Source of the DNA: Sphaerospermopsis sp. SIO1G1
GTDB taxonomy: Bacteria > Cyanobacteriota > Cyanobacteriia > Cyanobacteriales > Nostocaceae
DNA length: 64,000 nucleotides
Assembly: GCA_010672785.1 (NCBI GenBank)
Contig: JAAHFX010000009.1
Coordinates: 2,690-66,689, forward strand
Direction of reading: 5' to 3'
Under the pieces are notes generated by a model. The model saw nothing but the letters and a program-made list of their open reading frames with translations, was not told the DNA's origin and ran no database searches. Below, one piece after another: positions 48,775-58,647 of this stretch; the first letter of the stretch is position 1; each line of letters begins with the position of its first letter. A program made the position numbers and the translations under genes.

Positions 48775-48869
48775 CGCAAAAATCCTGGGATTGCTTTCCT
48801 ACACTATGGCTAACGCCACGCTTCGCGGACGTTTCAGTCGTAATGACAAATCTTCGTTGCGTAAGTCCT
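48775..48869. mobile_element. Repeat element, family A2
   Basis: Near-identical to 33605-33699. Confidence 0.78.
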
Positions 48870-49121
48870 AATTTAGTCCAATTCACTTATTTTTATTGGT
48901 ATACTCCTTTGCGACTAATCTTACTAGTACAGATTGGCTGAATATAGATAAACTACTCTCAATTGCTAGAAAGCTTGCTAACTCTTACTTTTGACTTTTG
49001 ACTTCCGCCGTGTAATCACGACTGCAAATTTACTTGATTTTATAGGTAAGATTCTCCATAATTTATGTTATTTTCAATAGCAGGTTGGCAGATACATCTA
49101 GCAGTTAAATACTAAAACCGT

Positions 49122-52100
49122 ATGTCTAACTCTTCTGAACAAGATTCTCAAAACCCAACCAAAAGCCCTAAACGTCTATGGTTGATGTTATTGAGTCGTG
49201 GTAGCATCGCTGTCGCTTTTGGGTTAATAATATTCTTAATTTTTGGTGTTTGGTGGTTAAGAAATTTTATTAAAACCGAGTTAGCTCCCATCGCACAGGA
49301 AAATTTAACTAAGACTATTAACCGTCCTGTCAAGTTGGGAAAAGTCACCGAATATTCTCTCACTGGTGTAAAATTTGCAGCTTCGTCTATCCCCGCAACA
49401 TCAACAGATTCAGACAGAGTCAACATAAAATCAATAGATGTAAGTTTTAATATTTGGCAATTAGTTACTAACCGCCAACTAAAATTAGATGTTACTTTAA
49501 TTAAACCCGATATTTATATTGAACAGGATAATCAGAAAACCTGGATCAATACAACTTTAGCTCCACCAGGAAAACCAGGAATTATTAGTACAGATTTAGA
49601 TACACTCAGATTTCGGGATGCTAAGTTGGTATTGGTAGGAAATCAACAATTACCAATAGTTAAAAAAGAGCAAGATAATAACAAAAATCCTAACCCATCT
49701 GAAGTCAAAAAAGAGCAAGATAATAATAAAAATCCTAACTTAACAAATTCTGTGGGAAATGCTCAAATTCCCGTAGTATTTTCTAATTTATATGGAAAGG
49801 CTCAACTGGTAGAAAATAATCAAGCTATTAAATTTGATGCAGCTGGTAAAGCAGATAGTGGTGGGAAGGTATCCATCAAGGGAAATATGCAAGCCAAAGC
49901 TAGTTTGGATGGTAACTTGCAACTCAAATTTCAAGATTTATCAGCCCCTGATGTTACCCGCTTGTTGCCTTTACCTCTCAATTTACAAACTGGGCAACTT
50001 AGTGGTGATTTAAAAGTAGAATTAACTCCGAATCAGCAACCTTTATTAAATGGGAATACAACTCTCCAAGCAGTAGATGTGCAAGTAGAAGGATTACCGC
50101 AAAAGTTTAGTCAAACTCAGGGAAATATTAAATTTGATGGATTAGCTTTAGAATTAGATCAAGTAGTAAGTAATTATGGTCAAATACCACTAACAGCGAA
50201 AGGAATAATTGATAGAGAAAAAGGCTTTAATTTGAAAGCAAATGTTAATGCAGTTAGTGCAACTAATGCCTTAAAAACATTGAAAGTTAATTCTCCCTTA
50301 CCGGTGAGTGGGGTAGTTAAAGCCGAATTGCAGGTATCTGGGAGTGTGGAAGAGCCTACATTAACAGGTAATGTTACTAATATCAAAACTGCTAAAATTG
50401 ATAAAGTTGATTTTGCTAAAGTTGCCAGTAAATTTACTCTTTCTACCCGTGATGCACAAATTAAATTAACAGACATTCAAGCTCAAACCACATTAGGTGG
50501 TGAAATTAATGGTGCAGGCAAAATTCAATTAGGAAAAGTGCCAAGCATAGATGTTAACTTGAATGCCAAAAACATCCCAGGAGACGCAATTGCTAAACTC
50601 TATAATGATAATATTAGCTCTGCATTAAAAATTGGTAATATTGCCGCTACAGCTAAACTTATTGGTGCGGCTGATAATGTCAAAACATTAGTCAAATGGC
50701 AAGCTCCAGAAGCAACTTATGCCGCAACTGGGGAAACAATCATCAACGCAGATAGAACAGCAGATTTTAGAAATGTTAATGTTAATGTAGCTGGTAATAT
50801 TATCCGTGGTTATGGTAGTTATAATCCACAAAGTTGGCAAGCTGTAGCAGAAGCATCAGGCGTAAAAATAGCTCAATTTTTAACACCAGAGCAACTGGAA
50901 AATGTTAATCTAGGTAATGCGGCTTTCAATGGTAAATTAATTGTTTCCGGAACATCAAATCAGTTCCAGATTACTAATATCCGTTCTGAAGGAGCAGGGA
51001 TTAATATAGGTGGTGGGAGAGTGAATATTTCCCAACTACAATTAGAAAATCAAAATTTTGTGGCTGTTATAAGTGCTAATAACATCAGGCTAGCAAGGAT
51101 ATTAAAACAATCTTTACCAATTTTAAATAATCCCATTGCAGGTAAATTTACCATTGCAGGTAACACTGAAAACTTGGACTTGAACAATTTCGGAGCAATT
51201 GGAGAAGGAGAACTCAAAGTAGGAAATAACAAAATTACAGCCAGTAATATTCAAGTTGGTAATGGCAATTATCAAGCTCAAGTTAAAGTTAATAATGTTC
51301 CTGTAGAGAGATTAGTAGATATTCCCCCTCAATTAACAGGAGGAAGATTAACAGGGAACTTTAATGTTGCTGGATCTCTGGCATCATTGCAAGCAAATGC
51401 AATCTCAGCCACTGGTAATGCCAAATTGAATTTAGCAGGTGGAAAAGTCACAGCGACAAACATTCAAGTTGCTAATGGTAAATACCAAGCTTTAGTTAAT
51501 ACTTCCGGGCTGCAATTAAGTCGTTTCAACTCACAATTACAAGGCAAACTTGCGAGTCAATTACAATTGGCAGGTATTTTAGGCTCTACACAATTATCTG
51601 ATGTTCGTGCTACTGGTCAAGTACAATTGAGTCAGGGAATTCCGGGTATTAACTCCCCAGTAAATGCAGCTTTTGCTTGGAATGGTCAACAATTAACTAT
51701 ACCCCAAGCCAGAACATCAAACATTAACGTTAGTGGTTCTGTTTTAGCTAATGCTCGACAACCGGGAATACCTGAAATTACACAATTAAATCTGAATGTA
51801 CAGGCAAGGGATTATAACCTCAAACAATTACCATTGCAGTTACCGAAATTTGTCAAAGTAGATGGTAAGGCAGACTTTAAAGGAAAAATTACAGGTAAAC
51901 CAACATTTCCCAACATTACAGGTCAGCTAGATTTAAAAAACTTACAAGTTCAGGAATTCGCCTTTGAACCATTATTAACAGGTGAAGTCAAATTTATTGC
52001 TGGTCAAGGTTCAAGCATAGATATAGAAGGGGAACAAGATAGAATCGCAGCTATACTCGATGCCAAAAATCAACCTAGCAAGTTTTTAGTCCAGTGGCAA

Positions 52101-54728
52101 AAAGCACTAGCCATAGGTGAAGCAAGGGGAAATGATTGGGACATTGATGTGAAGGATTTTCCATTACAAGCCCTCAACTTTACCTTACCGAATAACCCAG
52201 TTTCTGGTAAAGGTGTGATCGCAGGTCTTGTATCAGCAAACTTGCAACTTAACCAACAAACATTAGCCTCAAAAGGTAAAATTGCGATCGCCGAACCCCA
52301 ATTAGGAAGAATTAAAGGTAATAATTTCAGTGCTGAGTTTACCTACAATAATGATACAGCGACAATTAGCGACGGCACTTTTATTAGAGATAATAACTAT
52401 CGCAACAGTAATAGTAAAAATCAAACTGACCAAAATCAAAGTCGCTACACTATCAATGCTGAAGTTAAGCAAATTTTCAAAAATCCCCAAATCCAAGCCA
52501 AACTAAACCTAGAAAAGGCTCAAATTCAAGACTTATTAACCGTTGCTCAAATCTTTGAAGTTCAAGACCTACAAAGAGGTTTAACACCTCCAACTTACGG
52601 TACAGCAGCAGACCTAATTACAAACTCCCGTGGTTTACCAAACCAACCCTTATTAAATCAAATTCAGCGTCTAGTAGAAATAGAAGCATTCTTAGCTGCA
52701 CAAGAACAAAAAAGATTAGAATCTGAACCTATCCCCGATTTAAGAGACTTAAATGGTACTTTAAACGGAGAAATTGCTTTAAACACTGCTACCAAAAATG
52801 GATTAGCAATAGACTTTAACCTCAAAGGGGACAACTTTACCTGGGGTAGAGAATCAGATAGAAACACAAATCTTTATTATCGTGCTGATACTTTAGTTGC
52901 AGAAGGTAGCTTTGCTAACGGAATTTTACGTTTACAACCTCTACGTCTAGAAGCTAAAAATAGATTGATATCTTTAACCGGAAATATTGGTGGTGAACAA
53001 CAATCAGGAAAGTTAATAGTTAATAACTTCCCGATTCGACTCTTAGAAAATTTTGTCAAAATTCCTCTTGGAATCAGTGGTAATATTAATATTGATGCTG
53101 GTTTATCTGGTAGTTTATCTAATCCTAAATCCATAGGTAAATTGGCAATTACGGAAGGAAGACTTAATCAACAACCCATACAATTAGCAATAGCCAGTTT
53201 TAACTATCATGATGGACGTTTAAGATTTAGTAGTGATTTTCAAGCCGCAGAACTTGAACCTTTGAAAGTCATGGGTAACATACCCTATAAACTACCTTTT
53301 GCATCTGTAGAACCTAATGATAATCAAATTGATTTAGATGTAAAAATTGAGAACGAAAATTTAAAACTATTAAATTTATTCACCAATCAAATAGCTTTTG
53401 AAGACGGTGAAGGAAACATAGATATAAAAGTGAGGGGGACGGTAGAACAACCGTCAGTCAATGGGACTGCAAATCTTAACAATGCCACATTTACAGCTAT
53501 AGCTTTACCTGGTAAATTGACTAATGTTTCTGGTCAAGCCACATTTGATTTCGATAAACTGATTCTAGAAAATCTGCAAGCACAGTTTAGTGATGGCAAA
53601 ATTGAAGCTGCTGGTGAAATTCCCATTTCTAACAACGGTCAAATATTACCAGAAGATCAACAACTTGCTATTAAATTAGAAAAACTGTTATTAAACTTGA
53701 AGGGATTATATCAAGGTGGTGCTAGTGGCAATTTAAAAATTACAGGTTCTTTGTTGAGACCAGGAATTGGTGGTGAAATTGAATTATCCAATGGACAAGT
53801 TTTACTAACAGATTCCAGTGCATCTACTCTAGCAGATAGTAACTCTAATTCTTCAGTTTTTGCTGCTAATAAACAAGAGAAAATTCCCGACCTAGATAAT
53901 GGAATTACTAGATTAAATAATTTACTGATTAAATTAGGTCAAAATGTACAAATAGTTAGCCCACCAGTATTTGAATTTCTTGCTACTGGTGATTTGAAAG
54001 TTAGTGGATCATTGAATAATCCTATTCCAGTGGGAACAATTCGACTTCAAAGAGGTGGTGTAAATTTATTTACTACTCAATTTAAACTAGCTCGTAACTA
54101 TGAACAGACTGCTACCTTTAGAACTTCTCAACCTCGTGATCCGGAACTAGATATTAGGTTATTTGCAAAAGTATTTGATAGTACACAATCTAGTGATTTG
54201 AGTAGACAACTGGCGACTGGTTTATCTGCTTTGGAAACTGTGCAAGTAGAAGCAATAGTTCAAGGTTCTGCACGTCAACTAGACCAAAGTTTAGAATTGA
54301 AAAGTAGTCCTTCCCGTTCCCAAACAGAAATTGTCACATTATTAGGTGGTGGGTTTATAGATACTCAAGGACGAGGTGATAGCACATTAGGTTTAATTAA
54401 TATTGCTGGTTCAGCAGTTTTCAATAATTTCCAAGGTGCATTTAACCAAATCGGTGATGCTTTTGGTTTAAGTGAACTGCGTATATTTCCTACAATTCTT
54501 TCTGATAACCCGGAAGCAGGTAGAACCAATTCTACATTGGAACTAGCTTTAGAAGCAGGGGTAGATATTTCTAATATCTTCTCTTTTTCTACAATCAAAA
54601 TTCTTACTGCTAGTGATCCTTTCCAATGGGGTATTAATTATAGATTAGATGATGACTTCCGGGTTCGTGCTTCTACAAATTTAACTGATGATACCCGAAC
54701 TGTGGTTGAGTTTGAAAGAAGATTTTAA
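49122..54728 (+). CDS. tamB: Translocation/assembly module TamB (DUF490) protein
   Basis: N-terminal TM anchor; long beta-taco repeats; C-terminal DPELDI, LKSSPSRSQTEIVTLLGG, VVEFERRF. Confidence 0.88.
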   Translation: MSNSSEQDSQNPTKSPKRLWLMLLSRGSIAVAFGLIIFLIFGVWWLRNFIKTELAPIAQENLTKTINRPVKLGKVTEYSLTGVKFAASSIPATSTDSDRVNIKSIDVSFNIWQLVTNRQLKLDVTLIKPDIYIEQDNQKTWINTTLAPPGKPGIISTDLDTLRFRDAKLVLVGNQQLPIVKKEQDNNKNPNPSEVKKEQDNNKNPNLTNSVGNAQIPVVFSNLYGKAQLVENNQAIKFDAAGKADSGGKVSIKGNMQAKASLDGNLQLKFQDLSAPDVTRLLPLPLNLQTGQLSGDLKVELTPNQQPLLNGNTTLQAVDVQVEGLPQKFSQTQGNIKFDGLALELDQVVSNYGQIPLTAKGIIDREKGFNLKANVNAVSATNALKTLKVNSPLPVSGVVKAELQVSGSVEEPTLTGNVTNIKTAKIDKVDFAKVASKFTLSTRDAQIKLTDIQAQTTLGGEINGAGKIQLGKVPSIDVNLNAKNIPGDAIAKLYNDNISSALKIGNIAATAKLIGAADNVKTLVKWQAPEATYAATGETIINADRTADFRNVNVNVAGNIIRGYGSYNPQSWQAVAEASGVKIAQFLTPEQLENVNLGNAAFNGKLIVSGTSNQFQITNIRSEGAGINIGGGRVNISQLQLENQNFVAVISANNIRLARILKQSLPILNNPIAGKFTIAGNTENLDLNNFGAIGEGELKVGNNKITASNIQVGNGNYQAQVKVNNVPVERLVDIPPQLTGGRLTGNFNVAGSLASLQANAISATGNAKLNLAGGKVTATNIQVANGKYQALVNTSGLQLSRFNSQLQGKLASQLQLAGILGSTQLSDVRATGQVQLSQGIPGINSPVNAAFAWNGQQLTIPQARTSNINVSGSVLANARQPGIPEITQLNLNVQARDYNLKQLPLQLPKFVKVDGKADFKGKITGKPTFPNITGQLDLKNLQVQEFAFEPLLTGEVKFIAGQGSSIDIEGEQDRIAAILDAKNQPSKFLVQWQKALAIGEARGNDWDIDVKDFPLQALNFTLPNNPVSGKGVIAGLVSANLQLNQQTLASKGKIAIAEPQLGRIKGNNFSAEFTYNNDTATISDGTFIRDNNYRNSNSKNQTDQNQSRYTINAEVKQIFKNPQIQAKLNLEKAQIQDLLTVAQIFEVQDLQRGLTPPTYGTAADLITNSRGLPNQPLLNQIQRLVEIEAFLAAQEQKRLESEPIPDLRDLNGTLNGEIALNTATKNGLAIDFNLKGDNFTWGRESDRNTNLYYRADTLVAEGSFANGILRLQPLRLEAKNRLISLTGNIGGEQQSGKLIVNNFPIRLLENFVKIPLGISGNINIDAGLSGSLSNPKSIGKLAITEGRLNQQPIQLAIASFNYHDGRLRFSSDFQAAELEPLKVMGNIPYKLPFASVEPNDNQIDLDVKIENENLKLLNLFTNQIAFEDGEGNIDIKVRGTVEQPSVNGTANLNNATFTAIALPGKLTNVSGQATFDFDKLILENLQAQFSDGKIEAAGEIPISNNGQILPEDQQLAIKLEKLLLNLKGLYQGGASGNLKITGSLLRPGIGGEIELSNGQVLLTDSSASTLADSNSNSSVFAANKQEKIPDLDNGITRLNNLLIKLGQNVQIVSPPVFEFLATGDLKVSGSLNNPIPVGTIRLQRGGVNLFTTQFKLARNYEQTATFRTSQPRDPELDIRLFAKVFDSTQSSDLSRQLATGLSALETVQVEAIVQGSARQLDQSLELKSSPSRSQTEIVTLLGGGFIDTQGRGDSTLGLINIAGSAVFNNFQGAFNQIGDAFGLSELRIFPTILSDNPEAGRTNSTLELALEAGVDISNIFSFSTIKILTASDPFQWGINYRLDDDFRVRASTNLTDDTRTVVEFERRF

Positions 54729-54830
54729 TTCAAGCTTGCTGCATCTAATTATCAGTTATCAGTTGTCACGGTTCACTGTTTACTGTTCACGGTTCACTGT
54801 TCACGGTTCACTGTTCACCAATCACTTTAA

Positions 54831-55352
54831 TTAAATTTTTGCCACCATGACTGTATTTTTTTCGATTTTCGTTTTATAGCTTGAAAGAGATTTAGTCGCT
54901 GGTCCATATTGGACTTTTCCTTCTGTGGTAAATTCAGAAGCGTGACAAGGACATAAAAAGATATTTTCTTCTGCTTCCCAATCCACAAAACAGCCCAGAT
55001 GGGGACAAATTGGGTTGACTGCAATTAATTCTTTACTCTTTGAAGTCCCTATTACTAAAACAGCACCTAAAGAAGTTTTTTCTTTGAAAATTTGACCACT
55101 TTTATCTAGTTCTGCTACTGTTCCTACAGAAATCCAATTATCTTTTTTCTTAGATCCAGGCTTAGGTTTAGGTTGGGCTTTATTTGCATAAACAGCATTT
55201 AAAAATAAAGGGGAAAGGCTTAATAATAAGCTCACACTCAATACATTGATAAATTTACGACGTTTCATTTTTTCAAGTAATATTTTACAGTTATTTATAT
55301 CAAGCGCAGTAAATAATATATGCCAACTAAACATATTCTGAATTAATTGCAC
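54831..55352 (-). CDS. Tat-exported Rieske 2Fe-2S protein
   Basis: KRRKF twin-arginine signal (likely start ATG 55268); CPHLGC and CPCHAS boxes. Confidence 0.88.
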   Translation of the reverse strand: MQLIQNMFSWHILFTALDINNCKILLEKMKRRKFINVLSVSLLLSLSPLFLNAVYANKAQPKPKPGSKKKDNWISVGTVAELDKSGQIFKEKTSLGAVLVIGTSKSKELIAVNPICPHLGCFVDWEAEENIFLCPCHASEFTTEGKVQYGPATKSLSSYKTKIEKNTVMVAKI

Positions 55353-55414
55353 TTATTTACTACGCCATTGAATCACATACACCCTATCTATTTAAACCTC
55401 AATCAAAGAATCAA

Positions 55415-55810
55415 CTAGTCTGGTAAGCTATTTCGTAAACGACGCAGACAATTAATTGATGCAACACAATCACAGCCAAACATTTTCACAGCAGCATCAC
55501 TTTCTTCATCTGTTACACCCAGTAGTGCATCTTGATTGTTTAGATCAGTTGAATCAATTTCTGGATTACCCTTTTTCAAACGAGATAATTCCTGTGCATT
55601 TCCACAGAAAAATTTACCCACTTTTGGGTGTTTTATACAAACTTTTTGACTATCTGCTGATACAGGTATCACCGTCGCGTCAGGACTTTCTATTGATTGC
55701 ACATTCCTGACAGTCTCGTCTGCTACAGCAACTTTTCCTGTCATTAATAATGAACCAAGAGAAATAAATGCCAAATGTTTACTAGTTAAGTTTGACAATA
55801 TTTTTTGCAC
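55415..55810 (-). CDS. Secreted hypothetical protein with a C-terminal FGCDC..S..C motif
   Basis: Signal peptide; C-terminal VTDEESDAAVKMFGCDCVASINCLRRLR. Confidence 0.62.
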   Translation of the reverse strand: MQKILSNLTSKHLAFISLGSLLMTGKVAVADETVRNVQSIESPDATVIPVSADSQKVCIKHPKVGKFFCGNAQELSRLKKGNPEIDSTDLNNQDALLGVTDEESDAAVKMFGCDCVASINCLRRLRNSLPD

Positions 55811-56180
55811 TTAATGTTCCTCAGTATATGGGAGTTATTAGCACCATTATATTTTAATGAGTTTGACCTGACTCGTCAGGATCAAGTTCCTGAAATTAAT
55901 CAGTTGTAACACAGTTTTAATGTTAGCTTTTAATTGTTGATGGTGAATTTATCCTATATTTTGAAAGGACAAGTTTTTAGTCCACTTCTTTATAAATGAG
56001 TTGTTAGACACACTATTTGCTGGTAAAATTAATGTATATTTAAGCGATTCAACTCAATTAAATTATCTGGAACTTATATCCCCGTGAAAAATTTAGCGAG
56101 TAATAACGAAGTGGAAAGAACTTCCAATCAGCAAAACCTTATGAATATTTTTTCCTGATCTAACATACCCCTATAGGGAA

Positions 56181-56232
56181 GTATATATACCTTAATTGAT
56201 TTAATACCCTCAGGTGGAACTGGGGGTTTCAC
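56181..56232 (+). ncRNA. Degenerate NsiR1-like sRNA copy
   Basis: Imperfect repeat of 56320-56376 (shared CCTTAATT..ATT..TACCCTCAG....TGGGGGTTT); upstream TCCTGA is a one-mismatch DIF1 motif with altered spacing. Confidence 0.35.
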
Positions 56233-56282
56233 TAAAAATATTTTCTGGCGATATACAAAAAATATAGAAATGACTGAATTTT

Positions 56283-56288
56283 TCCGGA
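56283..56288 (+). promoter_or_regulatory. DIF1 motif TCCGGA at about -35 of the putative sRNA
   Basis: TCCGGA centred about 35 nt upstream of GTAGATGCACC. Confidence 0.55.
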
Positions 56289-56319
56289 TCTGACTATCAA
56301 CCCAGAGGATAGGAAAATA

Positions 56320-56376
56320 GTAGATGCACCTTAATTAGATTTTTACCCTCAGCTTCTGGTTGGGGGTTTTATTTTT
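56320..56376 (+). ncRNA. NsiR1-like heterocyst-differentiation small RNA
   Basis: 5' GTAGATGCACC resembles the NsiR1 5' end (from memory); about 57 nt; ends in hairpin ACCCTCAGC/GTTGGGGGT plus a U-run; DIF1 motif upstream; tandem degenerate copy 139 bp away. Confidence 0.55.
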
Positions 56377-56535
56377 CTAATGTTTGTGGCAGTTAAACAA
56401 CTATTTTTGATTTTTAGCTGGTTTAACACTCTGATTATTTCTACTATTTTTTTAGTAGGGCTTTTAGTATAACATATAATTGTCAGAACTGCCTAAATTT
56501 CCAAATTATTTTTGAACGTTTTCATATTCTCAATG

Positions 56536-57126
56536 TCAGAGTAAGGTTGGAGCTAACCACACAGCATAGCCAATGATACCAAACAAGATAGTAATTAAGA
56601 TAGTCATAATGTAGCAGATACACATTAACAAGCCATCAGATTCAATGGTGGCAACGGCAAACAGCAAAATGCCTATTGTGGGGATGGGGTTAGTAAAAGG
56701 AACTGGTGAAATTAGTAATATGGTTAACCAGGATATACATAATCCATTAAATCGCCAAATCAAAGAATTAGAGGCAAGTTGAGTCAAGCGAGGACGAGTA
56801 ATTTTTTCCAGTAGCTTAGTTACTTGACGTAAATTTTTGAGAATTACTTCAGCGAAACTACGAGGAAATTTATAAGCAGCAATTTTTCGAGGTAGCCAGG
56901 GCGATCGCCTACCTAGAAGCATTTGCAAGGATAATAATAAACAAGCACCCCCAAAAGGGCCTGTTAAACCTGGTGGCATTGGAAACAAAAATGGTAAAAC
57001 CAATAAAGCAATCACTAAACTAAAACCCCGTTCTGAAGTTTCTGCCAAAACATCACCCAATGTCAGTGGTTTTTCGGTTAAACGTTGCAGTAAAGATTTG
57101 ATATCTTGGGAGAATCTCAATTGCAT
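56536..57126 (-). CDS. exoD: Exopolysaccharide synthesis protein ExoD
   Basis: LGDVLAETSERGFSL, LPFLFPMPPG, QMLLGRRSPWLP, PVPFTNPIP. Confidence 0.9.
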   Translation of the reverse strand: MQLRFSQDIKSLLQRLTEKPLTLGDVLAETSERGFSLVIALLVLPFLFPMPPGLTGPFGGACLLLSLQMLLGRRSPWLPRKIAAYKFPRSFAEVILKNLRQVTKLLEKITRPRLTQLASNSLIWRFNGLCISWLTILLISPVPFTNPIPTIGILLFAVATIESDGLLMCICYIMTILITILFGIIGYAVWLAPTLL

Positions 57127-57159
57127 TGTTTTAGAGTTAATAAACCGTTACTTTTATAC

Positions 57160-57250
57160 GAGACTTACACAAAACCTGGTTCAAATACTGTAATTGCGAC
57201 GAAAGGAAGCAATCTCCAATCCAGACATTTCGTAAAAATGCGTAAGTCCT
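57160..57250. mobile_element. Repeat element, family A2 (short form)
   Basis: GACTTACACA...TTGCGACGAAAGGAAGCAATC...TGCGTAAGTCCT. Confidence 0.65.
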
Positions 57251-57269
57251 ATTATAATTGAGATAATAC

Positions 57270-58235
57270 CTACGGCACAAAAACACTGATAGCCCTAGGC
57301 ATGAGACTAAAAACAGCTGGAGTAGAAGTAGTAATTTCCCCATCTGTATTAATAGGGTAAGGTTTACGAGTGTAAATTTCAATTTCTTGTCCTTGAATAG
57401 CCCGCACTTCACGCCAATGTATGTGTCTACCTTGACGTATAGCTGGTAGGAGGGGAATCATTTGCCACCAATGGTCAATTTCAAGACTATAAAGATCCAA
57501 TCTTTGGTCATCTATCCTCGCATCGTGAAAAACAGCCATACCACCACCATAATAACGCCCATTCCCAACAGCAATTTGTACGGTTTTAACTCGAAAAGAT
57601 TCACTTGGGGTTCTAATTTCTGCTCGAAAAGGACGAGACTTCCAAACTACTTGGAATGCAGCTGCTGCGTATGCAAAAATTCCCCAGCGGCGTTTAACTT
57701 CCCTAGTTAACTTTTGAGTAATATTGACACTTAATCCTAAACTGGCAACATTAAAGAAATACTTACCATTAACACGCCCTAAATCTATGCGTTGTAATTG
57801 CCCCGCCGCAATAATTTGACAGGCCTCTGGCAAAGAATTAGGAATACCCAAAGTTCGTGCCAGATCATTAGCAGTTCCCAAAGGTAAAATGCCCAGAGGT
57901 AACTGAGTTTCAACAATAGCATCCACGGCTGCATTCAGAGTACCATCACCACCACCAATAATCACTAAGTCAACTTGTTTTTGATATTTATGAATCACTT
58001 CACCTAAATGTTTTGGGGTTGAGGTAGACTCTTGAATAACATTAAACCCTAGGGTTTGTAGGCAATAAACTGCTGTAGCTAAAAATTCTCGTCCTTTGCG
58101 AGAATGAAGATTAACTAACAACAGTGCATTAGGACTTATGGGTAACACCCTTTCTAGTTGAGGTAAGGAATTTTTCACGTTGTTTAACCTGGCGTGAATT
58201 TGCAAATCAACTCTACAGAAACAAGACTTACGCAA
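57270..58235 (-). CDS. YegS/Rv2252/BmrU family lipid (diacylglycerol) kinase; true start probably downstream of 58235
   Basis: LLLVN, IGGGDGTLN, LPLGTANDLAR, VGNGRYYGGG, INTDGE. Confidence 0.9.
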   Translation of the reverse strand: MRKSCFCRVDLQIHARLNNVKNSLPQLERVLPISPNALLLVNLHSRKGREFLATAVYCLQTLGFNVIQESTSTPKHLGEVIHKYQKQVDLVIIGGGDGTLNAAVDAIVETQLPLGILPLGTANDLARTLGIPNSLPEACQIIAAGQLQRIDLGRVNGKYFFNVASLGLSVNITQKLTREVKRRWGIFAYAAAAFQVVWKSRPFRAEIRTPSESFRVKTVQIAVGNGRYYGGGMAVFHDARIDDQRLDLYSLEIDHWWQMIPLLPAIRQGRHIHWREVRAIQGQEIEIYTRKPYPINTDGEITTSTPAVFSLMPRAISVFVP

Positions 58236-58647
58236 AATATCGCTGAAACTCTTTTGCCTTCGTAGTTCTTTTTTCCGTTACAAGTAGTCGTGCAGAATAA
58301 ATTTTATCTTTGGAAGAGGGAATAGGGTTCAGGGAATAGGGAACAGGTAAAAGGTAAAAGGTTTTAGAAGGTTTGAGATTGAGAAAGTGCAAGCTTTTGA
58401 GAGGTAAGCACTAAAAAACCTTACACTTTTTTGATTTCGAGAGATTGAAAAATAGTTTTTCAGTCCTCTCCCTGCACCCTGCACCCTGCTGCCTTAATGA
58501 TAAGTATTGAACCGGACATAATATTATTTGTGCGTAAGTCCTAATAAAGGGTGTGCCATAGATAAGTAATGACGCACCCTAAGAGAAATTATTCACTGAA
58601 ACAGAGATTGATGAACTAACTAAATCTCCAGCAGCAATGGAATGATG

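Noticed and set aside
56148-56385. Possible mini-CRISPR or c-di-AMP/glutamine riboswitch
   Set aside because: Only two imperfect ~100-bp units. Riboswitch consensus elements could not be matched, and DIF1 plus a terminator fits an sRNA better.
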